Part shown: piece by piece, positions 37,457 through 45,907 of the stretch
How the letters are laid out: every line of letters starts with the position of its first letter
How positions within the stretch are numbered: position 1 is the first letter of the stretch
Virus record (IMG/VR): IMGVR_UViG_3300037722_001048
Location: 1-58,558 of that record
DNA: 58,558 nt
Strand: one strand, 5' to 3'
Origin: a virus
Taxonomy: Duplodnaviria > Caudoviricetes
Position numbers and translations under genes: made by a program
Notes under the pieces: model-generated
Seen by the model: the letters and a program-made list of their open reading frames with translations, nothing else
What the model was told of the DNA's origin: nothing
Databases searched by the model: none

Positions 37457-38194
37457 TTACTTTGCCAAAGCAGTCTTGGTCAGCTCATAAGCCTCTTTGT
37501 AAATACCCAGCAGAGTCTCCTCTGTAAGGGGAGCATTAGCCTGCAAGGTTTCCTGGGTCAACTCGAAAGCTTCCTTGGAGATACCCAGGAGATCACCTTC
37601 AGTCGGCTCAGCGGCAATGGCAACCTTGGTCAAGGTGTAAGCCTCGTGGGCAATCTTAAGAAGAATGTCCTGGGCTTCGTCATTGGCTTTCTTGGTCATG
37701 ATCAGCTCTTTGGTACGAGCAAAGCCTTCCCTTAGAGATGCTTCCTTATCCAGAGTGTCAATCACGGATTTGGCGAATTCAGCGCCAAACTCCTGAGCCG
37801 ATTTCATGATGGCACCTTCTTCGGACGCCTGGGCAGCAATAGCGAGCTGCTTAAGCTCCTCAAGAGCCATGGACTTGGCAGCAGAGGCTTCAGATACTTC
37901 AGCGGCGGCGGCCGTCAAAGCCTCTTCCGGGGAGGCCGGCATTGCGCCAGCAGCAGCTTCAGCTTCAGCAGCGGCAGCGGCTTCGGGGTCGATCTCGCCT
38001 TCAGCGGGGCCGGCAGGTGCTCCTGCTTCTGCCTGGGCCTGAGCTTCTGCTTCTGCCTGGGCCTGAGCTTCCGCTTCTGCCTGGGCCTGAGCTTCCGCTT
38101 CCGCTTCAGCCGGGTCAATTACTTCGCCTTCTGCAACCTTAGTGAACTGCTCGATGACGTCAGAAAGTCGGATGGATCCTTTGCCTTTAGACAT
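37457..38194 (-). CDS. putative scaffolding protein
   Basis: Ala/Glu-rich helical, between protease and capsid; AEAQAQ repeats. Confidence 0.55.
   Translation of the reverse strand: MSKGKGSIRLSDVIEQFTKVAEGEVIDPAEAEAEAQAQAEAEAQAQAEAEAQAQAEAGAPAGPAEGEIDPEAAAAAEAEAAAGAMPASPEEALTAAAAEVSEASAAKSMALEELKQLAIAAQASEEGAIMKSAQEFGAEFAKSVIDTLDKEASLREGFARTKELIMTKKANDEAQDILLKIAHEAYTLTKVAIAAEPTEGDLLGISKEAFELTQETLQANAPLTEETLLGIYKEAYELTKTALAK
38026..38106 (-). repeat. 24-bp tandem repeat encoding EAEAQAQA
   Basis: Three copies in the scaffold gene. Confidence 0.85.
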
Positions 38195-38250
38195 TTATGT
38201 ACTCCTTGAAGTCTAGGAATCAGTCGAATTTTGCAACTTTATTCAGAACT

Positions 38251-38286
38251 AATATATAGTGGGGATATTGCAGACGGATGTTAAGT
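38251..38286 (-). promoter_or_regulatory. putative late promoter ACTTAA-N18-CCACTAT
   Basis: - strand ACTTAAcatccgtctgcaatatccCCACTATAT upstream of scaffold/capsid. Confidence 0.65.
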
Positions 38287-38306
38287 ACGAATTTAAAAAA
38301 TAAGTA

Positions 38307-38323
38307 TTTTTTTTGGTATAAGA
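38307..38323 (+). promoter_or_regulatory. putative early promoter
   Basis: TTTTTTTTGGTATAAGA (extended -10 TGnTATAAG). Confidence 0.55.
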
Positions 38324-38391
38324 AGATGTATCCAACCATTTAACAGATAAACCTCCTGGGTAATCTCGCCCGTTCAACCCAGGAGTAGCTT

Positions 38392-38544
38392 ATGGTCAAA
38401 AAATTGTGGGTTAGAAGGCCTTTCCCGAATTGTATAATTTGGGATGTGGCCGAAGCGGTGGTTCTGGTGGTAGCTTTGTTCGCGGCATTTGAGGTTGCCA
38501 AAGAGGGCTATGACGACGGTTACGATTATCGTGATCAAAAGTAG
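38392..38544 (+). CDS. small membrane protein (50 aa, absent from ORF track)
   Basis: AGGAG RBS; MVKKLWVRRPFPNCIIWDVAEAVVLVVALFAAFEVAKEGYDDGYDYRDQK; own promoter and terminator. Confidence 0.6.
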   Translation: MVKKLWVRRPFPNCIIWDVAEAVVLVVALFAAFEVAKEGYDDGYDYRDQK

Positions 38545-38546
38545 TG

Positions 38547-38578
38547 AAGCGCCCCCTATTGCTGGGGGCGCTTTTTTT
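38547..38578 (+). terminator. intrinsic terminator
   Basis: AAGCGCCCCC-TATTGCT-GGGGGCGCTTTTTTT. Confidence 0.85.
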
Positions 38579-38581
38579 AGC

Positions 38582-41500
38582 TCACACAAACAAAGGGTCT
38601 TGGGGGTCTTTTACCTTTGGTAGAACTTTGGTACGAAGGGCAGCTTTCAGAGTGGTGAACTTACTAATAGGTGATTCTACCTTAGGTGCTTGCGCCTTCG
38701 GCACAACTGGCGGCGTCACTGGAGAAGCAGGAGGTACTGCTGAAGCAGCTGCTCCTTTAGATGCTGAAGCAGCTGCACCAGGTGCCTTGCGACTTAGAAT
38801 CTGAGCTCGTGCGATGCTGCCGGCGAGTGCCCCACCTGTCAAAGACAGGAAGGGATGCTCTGCTACCGTTTCCCCCGCTGAATAAATACGACGCCGGGCA
38901 GGGGACATATACATTTCGGGTTCCGGTACACCCGGATATTTGATATGACGATTATACAGGTAGTCCAGTCCTAGTCCGGATGGTACTGCCATACCCATAA
39001 GGGGGGCCAGATGCCCAGGTTGAGCTTTGAAGATATCAGACACCCCGGCAGTTTTGTCCAATGCGGTTTTACCCTGCACCTGAGAGAATACGGTACCAAC
39101 CGGAATCTCCACACCCTCCATGGTCCGGACATTTTGGGGGCTCGACCCCTTCAGCATATGGGCTGCCAGAAAACCTAAAGCCGGCACGGTTAAAAGGAGG
39201 CGTAGCAGGGAGGGCTCGGATACGGCGGCCCCCAGGGCAGCTGTCCCCGCCGCTACACCTATAAGCTGTTTGGCTATTAGGGAAACACTGTTGATATCTT
39301 GGGCGGTCATAGCCGCAGCCCGATTTGTCGTGAGTATTTTTCCGTTGGGCCCTTCCACATGGAAGGATTCCGCCATACCAGGACCGTGGGGAGACCAGGC
39401 ACGCCCCTCCAGATTCTGTACGAAGCTATTCACCCCCGACCCCCCGGACACGTTGATAATCGCTCTGTTTTCGGGGAGAGAATTCAGGACCGGGGCAGCC
39501 AACTTCTCCAGCTGCTTCATGTCACATGCCTTCTTGATCATGATAATACGCCGGGAAGCGACGGGGGCTACTGCGCGGGAGATACGAATAACAATCTCGG
39601 GATTCTCCAGCTCATTATTATAGTTATGGTACAACGAAGACATTTCAGGAAGAATACGCTCCGGGTTGTGCATTAGCAGACGCAGCATGCCAGGTACCAG
39701 TTTGAGGACTTCAGGGATATGCTCTTCCTTGAACTCGTCCCCCATCCTGTTGCGCCCGGCCATGTGCACGATTTCTCCCAGAGAAGGAGCTACACCGTGG
39801 CCGAGAATACTACGAAGCATGCACCCCGGGGATACCTTGAGATCGTCCATGTCCTTAGGTTCAAGAGTCGGGTAATCCAAGTGTTTTATTTTTAGGTCTT
39901 TCATCCGACGAAGGACATTAATGTTTTCATCGCCGTCCTTCAGTTCAGTAATATCGCCGTCGATCTGTTTGATCATCTCCGAAAGTTTGCGGAGTCCGGA
40001 GAGGCACGCCTGATGACGTTCAAAGTCCTCACCGAGTTCGGCCGAGTCTTTCTCCATAAGGTCTTCTGTGCAGGCACCTTCGGCTGCGGCCTTATCGAGG
40101 GCCCAGGCAACCCGGTCGGCAGGACGGCCGACAACGGAGATATCGAAGAACTTCAGCGGACCCGGGTTCTTGGCGTAAACCTGGCGCCCGTCGGTGAGGA
40201 TTTTTTTCATGTTGTACTTAAGGTGGTCACAATTATGGACCGCTACGCCATTAGCCACGTAAGTTCCTGAGGTAGTTTCGAAGTTATAAACTAAGCCATC
40301 GTATTGCTCTTTAGAGAGGTCTGTAATGTACCCAACTAGGTGGGTGTCCGTACGCCCCCTACTAGAACCGTGCCCGTTTTCTTTCTCTAGCAATAAAGGC
40401 TGCCTATAGTCAGTAGCTACGTAATGGACGGCCGTCTTATTTGTCCTATCACTGGGACCGCCTACGTTTATCGCGGTAGAAAAATAGGAGTCGTGCCCTA
40501 ACATATTAAGTAACAGTGAAGTTTGGTGTACTAAATTCTGTGATGCGCTATTTAGCCTTGAAGTGATTCTGCGGCCATCTCTTGTAGGGGAGTAGCCATC
40601 CCCATCCCACAGGCCGTTTATAAATGCTAACAGTAAAGGCTTATTAGAAAAGAAAATACTTTCGGACAAACTTTTTTTATCTGCATACTCACCTAATAAA
40701 TTGAAATATTTTTCACTTAAATCTTTAGAGTGAATTCTTATACTTACTGCTTTATTATCTCCCTTTGAAGGGTATGTCTTTATTTCTTTGCCATGTTTAC
40801 CCCAAAAATACTTCTCCAACCTTTGAGCGAAAGCAGACTCTGTTTCTCCGTTAATGGTAAATTGCAAACTGGCCCGAACCCTAGAGCCGTCTGCCCTAGT
40901 CTGTTTACCATAACTGCCTTCTGCCATGAATAATCCAAAAACCCAAGCATCTTCCTCGGTGAAATCTTCTCTAATAAAATACTCTTTAGAGTGAAACGGC
41001 GAGTAGATTATGTCTTTTAGGCGAATTTCGCCAGCAGGTACAAAATCCTTTTGAATGTCCAGATTTTTTTTGCAATCAACACATTTAGCCTTAGACGAGG
41101 GTAGGCAGGAAATAGTTTCTGCATTGCCATTAACTTGGTAAAAGCATTTGCCAAAATCCTCTCTATTTGAAATTAAAATAGGATGATTTTTAGTAGTCTT
41201 GGAGGTTAACCCATTGAGGGTAGTTTTATAGGTTATTAGATCTTCGATTACGTGATTTTTGAAAGTCTCTATGACCTCTACAATTTTACCTTGCGCGTCA
41301 AGAACCTTATCACCAATAGCTACGTCAGTAATAGGTTTCACCGTACCGTCGTACATAGTGATTAGCGTATCGCCAACAAAACAATATTCTCGTCTCGTCT
41401 TGGCAGAGTTGGCACATATGCTGCATACGTCATGTGCCACGTGAACGCCCATACTGACAAAAATCTGATCTCCGTTCTTGATTTTACGAATAGTTTCCTG

Positions 41501-41887
41501 CGCCAGCGAGCTCTTCTTGTCGAGCTCAAGAATCAACTCAACACGGGCCATGTTCTCATTGTAGAAAGAGTAGATAGGCTTGCCGATCGACTTCTTCGGA
41601 TCCTTGTTGATATGATGCAAGAAGACGTGAGCACTCTCCACGAAGGTGGGATGGTATTTCCGTAGGTCGCTCCCTTCGAACCAGTCGCCATTGTTGTTGG
41701 GGCCGTATTTCGAGGAGTCCGTCATGGCGATGACATGGAGATAAGCCTTGTCCGGATCGCGGTCGAGCTTAGCCCAGTACTGCTGGATCTCATTCGATGC
41801 AGTTTTGATCAGACCTTCGTGAAGAAGATCGACGCGGGTCTCGCCAGTCTCAGGAACTTCGTATCCGAGGTTGATAATTTTAATCAT
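38582..41887 (-). CDS. putative prohead protease/head maturation protein, intein-containing
   Basis: NNNGD.F, FLHH.NKDP..SIG, VSMG..V..DVCSIC...EY|CDHLK, FFDIS.V..PAD; C-terminal K-x-A/glycine-zipper modules. Confidence 0.65.
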   Translation of the reverse strand: MIKIINLGYEVPETGETRVDLLHEGLIKTASNEIQQYWAKLDRDPDKAYLHVIAMTDSSKYGPNNNGDWFEGSDLRKYHPTFVESAHVFLHHINKDPKKSIGKPIYSFYNENMARVELILELDKKSSLAQETIRKIKNGDQIFVSMGVHVAHDVCSICANSAKTRREYCFVGDTLITMYDGTVKPITDVAIGDKVLDAQGKIVEVIETFKNHVIEDLITYKTTLNGLTSKTTKNHPILISNREDFGKCFYQVNGNAETISCLPSSKAKCVDCKKNLDIQKDFVPAGEIRLKDIIYSPFHSKEYFIREDFTEEDAWVFGLFMAEGSYGKQTRADGSRVRASLQFTINGETESAFAQRLEKYFWGKHGKEIKTYPSKGDNKAVSIRIHSKDLSEKYFNLLGEYADKKSLSESIFFSNKPLLLAFINGLWDGDGYSPTRDGRRITSRLNSASQNLVHQTSLLLNMLGHDSYFSTAINVGGPSDRTNKTAVHYVATDYRQPLLLEKENGHGSSRGRTDTHLVGYITDLSKEQYDGLVYNFETTSGTYVANGVAVHNCDHLKYNMKKILTDGRQVYAKNPGPLKFFDISVVGRPADRVAWALDKAAAEGACTEDLMEKDSAELGEDFERHQACLSGLRKLSEMIKQIDGDITELKDGDENINVLRRMKDLKIKHLDYPTLEPKDMDDLKVSPGCMLRSILGHGVAPSLGEIVHMAGRNRMGDEFKEEHIPEVLKLVPGMLRLLMHNPERILPEMSSLYHNYNNELENPEIVIRISRAVAPVASRRIIMIKKACDMKQLEKLAAPVLNSLPENRAIINVSGGSGVNSFVQNLEGRAWSPHGPGMAESFHVEGPNGKILTTNRAAAMTAQDINSVSLIAKQLIGVAAGTAALGAAVSEPSLLRLLLTVPALGFLAAHMLKGSSPQNVRTMEGVEIPVGTVFSQVQGKTALDKTAGVSDIFKAQPGHLAPLMGMAVPSGLGLDYLYNRHIKYPGVPEPEMYMSPARRRIYSAGETVAEHPFLSLTGGALAGSIARAQILSRKAPGAAASASKGAAASAVPPASPVTPPVVPKAQAPKVESPISKFTTLKAALRTKVLPKVKDPQDPLFV
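40232..41383 (-). mobile_element. intein with LAGLIDADG homing endonuclease (384 aa)
   Basis: Starts CFVGDT, block B TTKNHPIL, LAGLIDADG-like FGLFMAEGS and INGLWDGDG, ends VYNFET...VAVHN followed by Cys; AT-rich relative to flanks. Confidence 0.9.
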
Positions 41888-42049
41888 AGTTAGTCCTTAA
41901 AGACTTTGTTCTCAATTAAGTAATCAATAGCCTCGGCAGCTTCTTTAGCTTGCTTGGCCTGTTGCCGGCGGCGGTAAAGTTCCTGCCCCAGTTTTTCAAG
42001 CGTCTGGTATACTTCATCCTGCGGAATGTTAGTCGTCATGTCGTACTCC

Positions 42050-42565
42050 TTACCCGAAGATCATGTCTTTAACCGACCCTGCCGGCGATTGCAGTTTCGA
42101 CTCGGTTTCGGCCAAGGTCTTCAAGGTTTGAAGATCAATGCGGCCGAACTTGACAAAGTGCTGAAGCAGCTCACGCACTGCCGGCTTCTCCGAAGAGATT
42201 TTAGGGGCGATGTTGTAGATGGTCGCGTAGTACTCCAGAGTCTTCTCACGAGGGGCTTCCTTGATGATTGGATCGTGCATGATCAGATCTTCAATTAAGG
42301 CCTTACGGCGAATGTCATTCTGGATTTTGGAGTAGGCCTGTTTAATCTGGAGGCCGGTAAGAGCCCCCAGGGCCAAGACGGTGGTTCCGAATCGCAATCC
42401 AGTACTGGCTGTTGCCATACCATTTCGGATAGCGTCAGGTTTACCTAAGGGGAGCCCTTTGGAGTTTACTCCTTGGCCCATCCATGCAAGGCCATCCCCC
42501 ACTGAAGAAAGGATACTTGCAGTCTTAGCCTGCCCTACCAGGAAGGGATCTTTGATATCAGCCAT
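42050..42565 (-). CDS. head-associated protein with KTAS motif
   Basis: 171 aa; AKTAS; hydrophobic segment. Confidence 0.7.
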   Translation of the reverse strand: MADIKDPFLVGQAKTASILSSVGDGLAWMGQGVNSKGLPLGKPDAIRNGMATASTGLRFGTTVLALGALTGLQIKQAYSKIQNDIRRKALIEDLIMHDPIIKEAPREKTLEYYATIYNIAPKISSEKPAVRELLQHFVKFGRIDLQTLKTLAETESKLQSPAGSVKDMIFG

Positions 42566-42566
42566 G

Positions 42567-43240
42567 TTATTTAGTCTCCGTGTTGAGTGCTTGTTTTTTA
42601 GCTAAGGCTCGAGCATTACCTGTAGAGAATCGATCGGTTTCAGTCTTTATCCCTGCTAAGCCTCCAATAATGGCACCAGCAGGGGCAAGTCTTCTGGTTT
42701 TAGAGGAAAGACTCAATAATGAACCCAAACCACTTCCTAAGTAAGCCCCTACCACCCCCCCCCCCCTAGCAGCATTACGAGCTTCGAAATTAGCATTGGA
42801 AGGGAGCTTGTAGAATTTGGTTAATACTTCTTTATCTTTTTTGTAAGGCCATTTGCCCTGAGTGCCCCTACCCCCGCCCCTAGAACCCAGGGGCCCCTGA
42901 ATAAAAATGATTTGCCCCCTTTAGGTCCTTTTTCCCAGCTAGGTTGTGAGTAGCCACCACTGCCTCTGCTGCCTTTGTAGCTTTCGTAGCCTCCATAGTT
43001 CGGGCGGCCCCCGGGGTAGGTCCTCGGGCGAGAGGTGTTATTCCCTGGAGTCAGTTTAACCCCATGCTTTTTGGCTAGGTCTGCCAACTGGTCGGAGTTG
43101 ATATTCCCACCATTGGCTACCTGAGCGGCTAGATAAGCGGCACGTAATTCCTTATTGGACTTAATGGCCGCCTTAAAGGCTGGGTCATTGGCGGTTGCCA
43201 ACTTAGTAATTAACTGTTCGGCGGTCTTAGTAATAGCCAC
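42567..43240 (-). CDS. MAITKTA-family internal virion protein, split by a -1 frameshift at 42836-42842
   Basis: ORFs 42821-43240 and 42567-42755 join in the -1 frame at A AAA AAG; the joined product aligns with paralog 45249-45899. Confidence 0.6.
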
Positions 43241-43243
43241 GTG

Positions 43244-43732
43244 TCACCCCGTGATAAGATTCTGTGCATTAAAGTATTTCTTAGTGGCTTCATTGTTGTA
43301 CCTCACCCCGCTAAATAGATTCGGTAGAGGGACAGGTACTTTACTTCCCAGAGTTTCCCCGAGCCAGGGCTTAGGACGGTACGAAGTCACATCCATGTTT
43401 GGATCGACGTGCAGAATGTTTCGATTGATCTGGCTCTTGAGTTTGTAAGCTCCGACGCCAGCTAAGGCCAAGGCGGGTATAGCAACTTTGGGGTGGTTCA
43501 CCACCGCGCTACCGACGGCGTTCGAGACATTAAGTCCAGCGGTCAAGACTGGCTTCACTCCTTTGGTATACGCCCCCCTGGCCGGGCCGTTGGCGAATCT
43601 CCAACCCTGATTGCCCACCCACCGGCCAGCGCGATAAGTCTTATTAGCCAAACCAGTTACGTAGCTCATGAGGGGGCTGATACTTGCTGCTTCCTTGGTC
43701 AGGAACTCTGTTGCGGTCTTGGTAATAGCCAT
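43244..43732 (-). CDS. MAITKTA-family internal virion protein
   Basis: MAITKTATEFLTKEAA; basic, with a hydrophobic segment. Confidence 0.7.
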   Translation of the reverse strand: MAITKTATEFLTKEAASISPLMSYVTGLANKTYRAGRWVGNQGWRFANGPARGAYTKGVKPVLTAGLNVSNAVGSAVVNHPKVAIPALALAGVGAYKLKSQINRNILHVDPNMDVTSYRPKPWLGETLGSKVPVPLPNLFSGVRYNNEATKKYFNAQNLITG

Positions 43733-43733
43733 G

Positions 43734-44528
43734 TTATTTACCTAGCGCTTTCCAAGCCTCGTCCAGCTCAGTCTTAACTCGTCCCAACTCCGAACCCACC
43801 TTGATCAGAGTCTCCAGAGTGGTTTGGGCAGTGGAAAAAGCCTGGTGGATCTTAGTCGTGTCGTCGACTAGGGACGCCACCTTAGAGAAATCGGCCGGCT
43901 CCCGTAGGTTTCTGGCCAGGCTCTGCAGCAACGGACCCGACTTAGGGCCGTACAGGGTAAAGACCTCGTTGGCGAATTTGCCAAAGTCAGGACCCCGCAT
44001 GCGGCTGAACTCTGAAACCAGATAGTCTGCACGCTCTTGGATGGTCATCTCGGCCGCCATCTTCTGACGCTGCAGAGTCTCGACCTTCTGGGTCAGAGTA
44101 AATACCTGCTTGCGCGGCGGATCGGTACGCTCGGAAGCAGTCTTTTCGAGAACCGGGAAGGTCACCCTGGCAGACGCTGTGTCCTTCTCCTGGTTCTGAC
44201 GAAGGCTGGGCAGGTGCCAGGTACGCTCTGAAGCAGTCTTTTCGACTTTGGGCTCAGGAGCAGACCCGCCATAAACCTTCTTAAGGACGTCGTCATAATC
44301 AGCCAGGTCGAACTCGGCTTTCTTGTCGAGAGATGCCTGCAGCATCTTCAAGGAGGAGGTGGTGTTGGACTTCTCCACCAGACGCTGAATCTCGACCGGG
44401 TTCAGACTCTCCCGGCTAGCCACCTTGACAATGGCATCGGTCAGTGGAGTGCCTTCAGTCAGAAACTGGTTGGCAGTTTCCTCGGCCAACTTATCGAAAT
44501 CTTTGGTGGTTGTGTCCATAAACATCAT
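43734..44528 (-). CDS. head-associated protein with K-x-A motifs
   Basis: DKLA, VKVAS, EKTASER x2, SKVAS. Confidence 0.75.
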   Translation of the reverse strand: MMFMDTTTKDFDKLAEETANQFLTEGTPLTDAIVKVASRESLNPVEIQRLVEKSNTTSSLKMLQASLDKKAEFDLADYDDVLKKVYGGSAPEPKVEKTASERTWHLPSLRQNQEKDTASARVTFPVLEKTASERTDPPRKQVFTLTQKVETLQRQKMAAEMTIQERADYLVSEFSRMRGPDFGKFANEVFTLYGPKSGPLLQSLARNLREPADFSKVASLVDDTTKIHQAFSTAQTTLETLIKVGSELGRVKTELDEAWKALGK

Positions 44529-45226
44529 ACGATATCCTCTTCCGGTATGGGCTCGGCACCTTCTACGGGCTCGGCTACTTTGAACTCCAGGATGTACTTA
44601 GTGAGAGAGTAATCCGTGCTACCTTCCTGGCTGAGCAGTTTCTCAAGGGCTTCGTATGCCTTAAGCATGTTCTTCGACCAGTCCAAGGCCTGCTTGGTAA
44701 TCTTGCTGTCGATACCATTGAAGGTGGCTTCCATGGCACGGTAGGCGCTGGTCATGAACATCCTCTTCACCAGGGCCCTCTGGGAATCCGTCTTCGGGAT
44801 CACGTTGCCGTAGGTCCAGTAAACAAACTCAGGTCCGAGTGCAAATGCCCTCAATTTGAGGTCTTTACCGAACCGTTCCGGGTATTGCTCTATGTAACTG
44901 ACTTTGTCCAGCTTGGCACGGAAAGCGGTGGTATCAAAAAACAGTTCCCCGTATATTAGAATGACTTCAGCGGGGATGCCGAAGACTTCCATAATATCCT
45001 TCGGGTCCGCATCAGCTAAAAGTAAAGATTCGACAACTTCTTTCTGGATAGGGTCCCTGTAGATCAGAAACGCATGCAGGTGGGGCTCGGACGAGCAGGT
45101 ATGCTTACTCAAAAACTCCCGGTACACCTTCATAGCGTCGGTATACTCGCTGAAGTCTTTCCGGGACTTAATGAAGTCTTCGTGGACGACGGTGTGCTTG
45201 TGGTTTAGTCTCGAAGTCAAAAGCAT
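44525..45226 (-). CDS. hypothetical protein
   Basis: 233-aa ORF in the operon. Confidence 0.75.
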   Translation of the reverse strand: MLLTSRLNHKHTVVHEDFIKSRKDFSEYTDAMKVYREFLSKHTCSSEPHLHAFLIYRDPIQKEVVESLLLADADPKDIMEVFGIPAEVILIYGELFFDTTAFRAKLDKVSYIEQYPERFGKDLKLRAFALGPEFVYWTYGNVIPKTDSQRALVKRMFMTSAYRAMEATFNGIDSKITKQALDWSKNMLKAYEALEKLLSQEGSTDYSLTKYILEFKVAEPVEGAEPIPEEDIV

Positions 45227-45248
45227 TCAAGTTACAGAGCTTCCTGGG

Positions 45249-45899
45249 TTATCGGGCATACATGCGAGGCAGAGTCATAACCGGGTCGGACATGGGTTGT
45301 TTACCCTGGCCTATTGCGTACCCGCCGAGTCCTGCCGCGCCGATGCCGGCGGTCATACCCACATTGCGCAGACCCTGCTGAGATCCCGAGTCGAGCTTAT
45401 TAAAGTTGGTCTTGAGGGTACTGAGTACCTTACCTGGCTTGTGAGGACCGGGGGTTTTGGTTACGTTCATCTTAGCTTTGTTCAAACTCTGCTTGGCTGC
45501 TGGCAATACGTTCTCGGCCATAGGTTTGAGCGCCTTAACCCCAGAAGACAGGGATTTGCCGAATCCAGTCAGACCTTTCAAAACCAGGCCGGCGGCACTG
45601 GCTTCTTTTTGAATAGACTCGGCTTTTTGCTGCTTTTTGATAATTTTCTGAGCATTACCTGTGGAGTATTTACCCGTACCAAGCCCTGGCATTAAGAAGG
45701 CACCTCCCACCAACCCCCGGCCTACGCTTCGGGCTGTCAGGTTTGCATCAGGAGAAAGCTTATATTCTTTTCTCAGTGCATCTCGCTCGGTATCCGTCAG
45801 GTTACTAGCTCGCATTGCACCAATGCCTCCGCCCAGCCAAGAAATTGGATGCACGGCAGTTTTTGCTAGGAACTCTGTAGCGGACTTTGTAATAGCCAT
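45249..45899 (-). CDS. MAITKSA-family internal virion protein
   Basis: MAITKSATEFLAKTA; Lys/Gly-rich with glycine zippers. Confidence 0.7.
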   Translation of the reverse strand: MAITKSATEFLAKTAVHPISWLGGGIGAMRASNLTDTERDALRKEYKLSPDANLTARSVGRGLVGGAFLMPGLGTGKYSTGNAQKIIKKQQKAESIQKEASAAGLVLKGLTGFGKSLSSGVKALKPMAENVLPAAKQSLNKAKMNVTKTPGPHKPGKVLSTLKTNFNKLDSGSQQGLRNVGMTAGIGAAGLGGYAIGQGKQPMSDPVMTLPRMYAR

Positions 45900-45907
45900 G
45901 TCGTACC

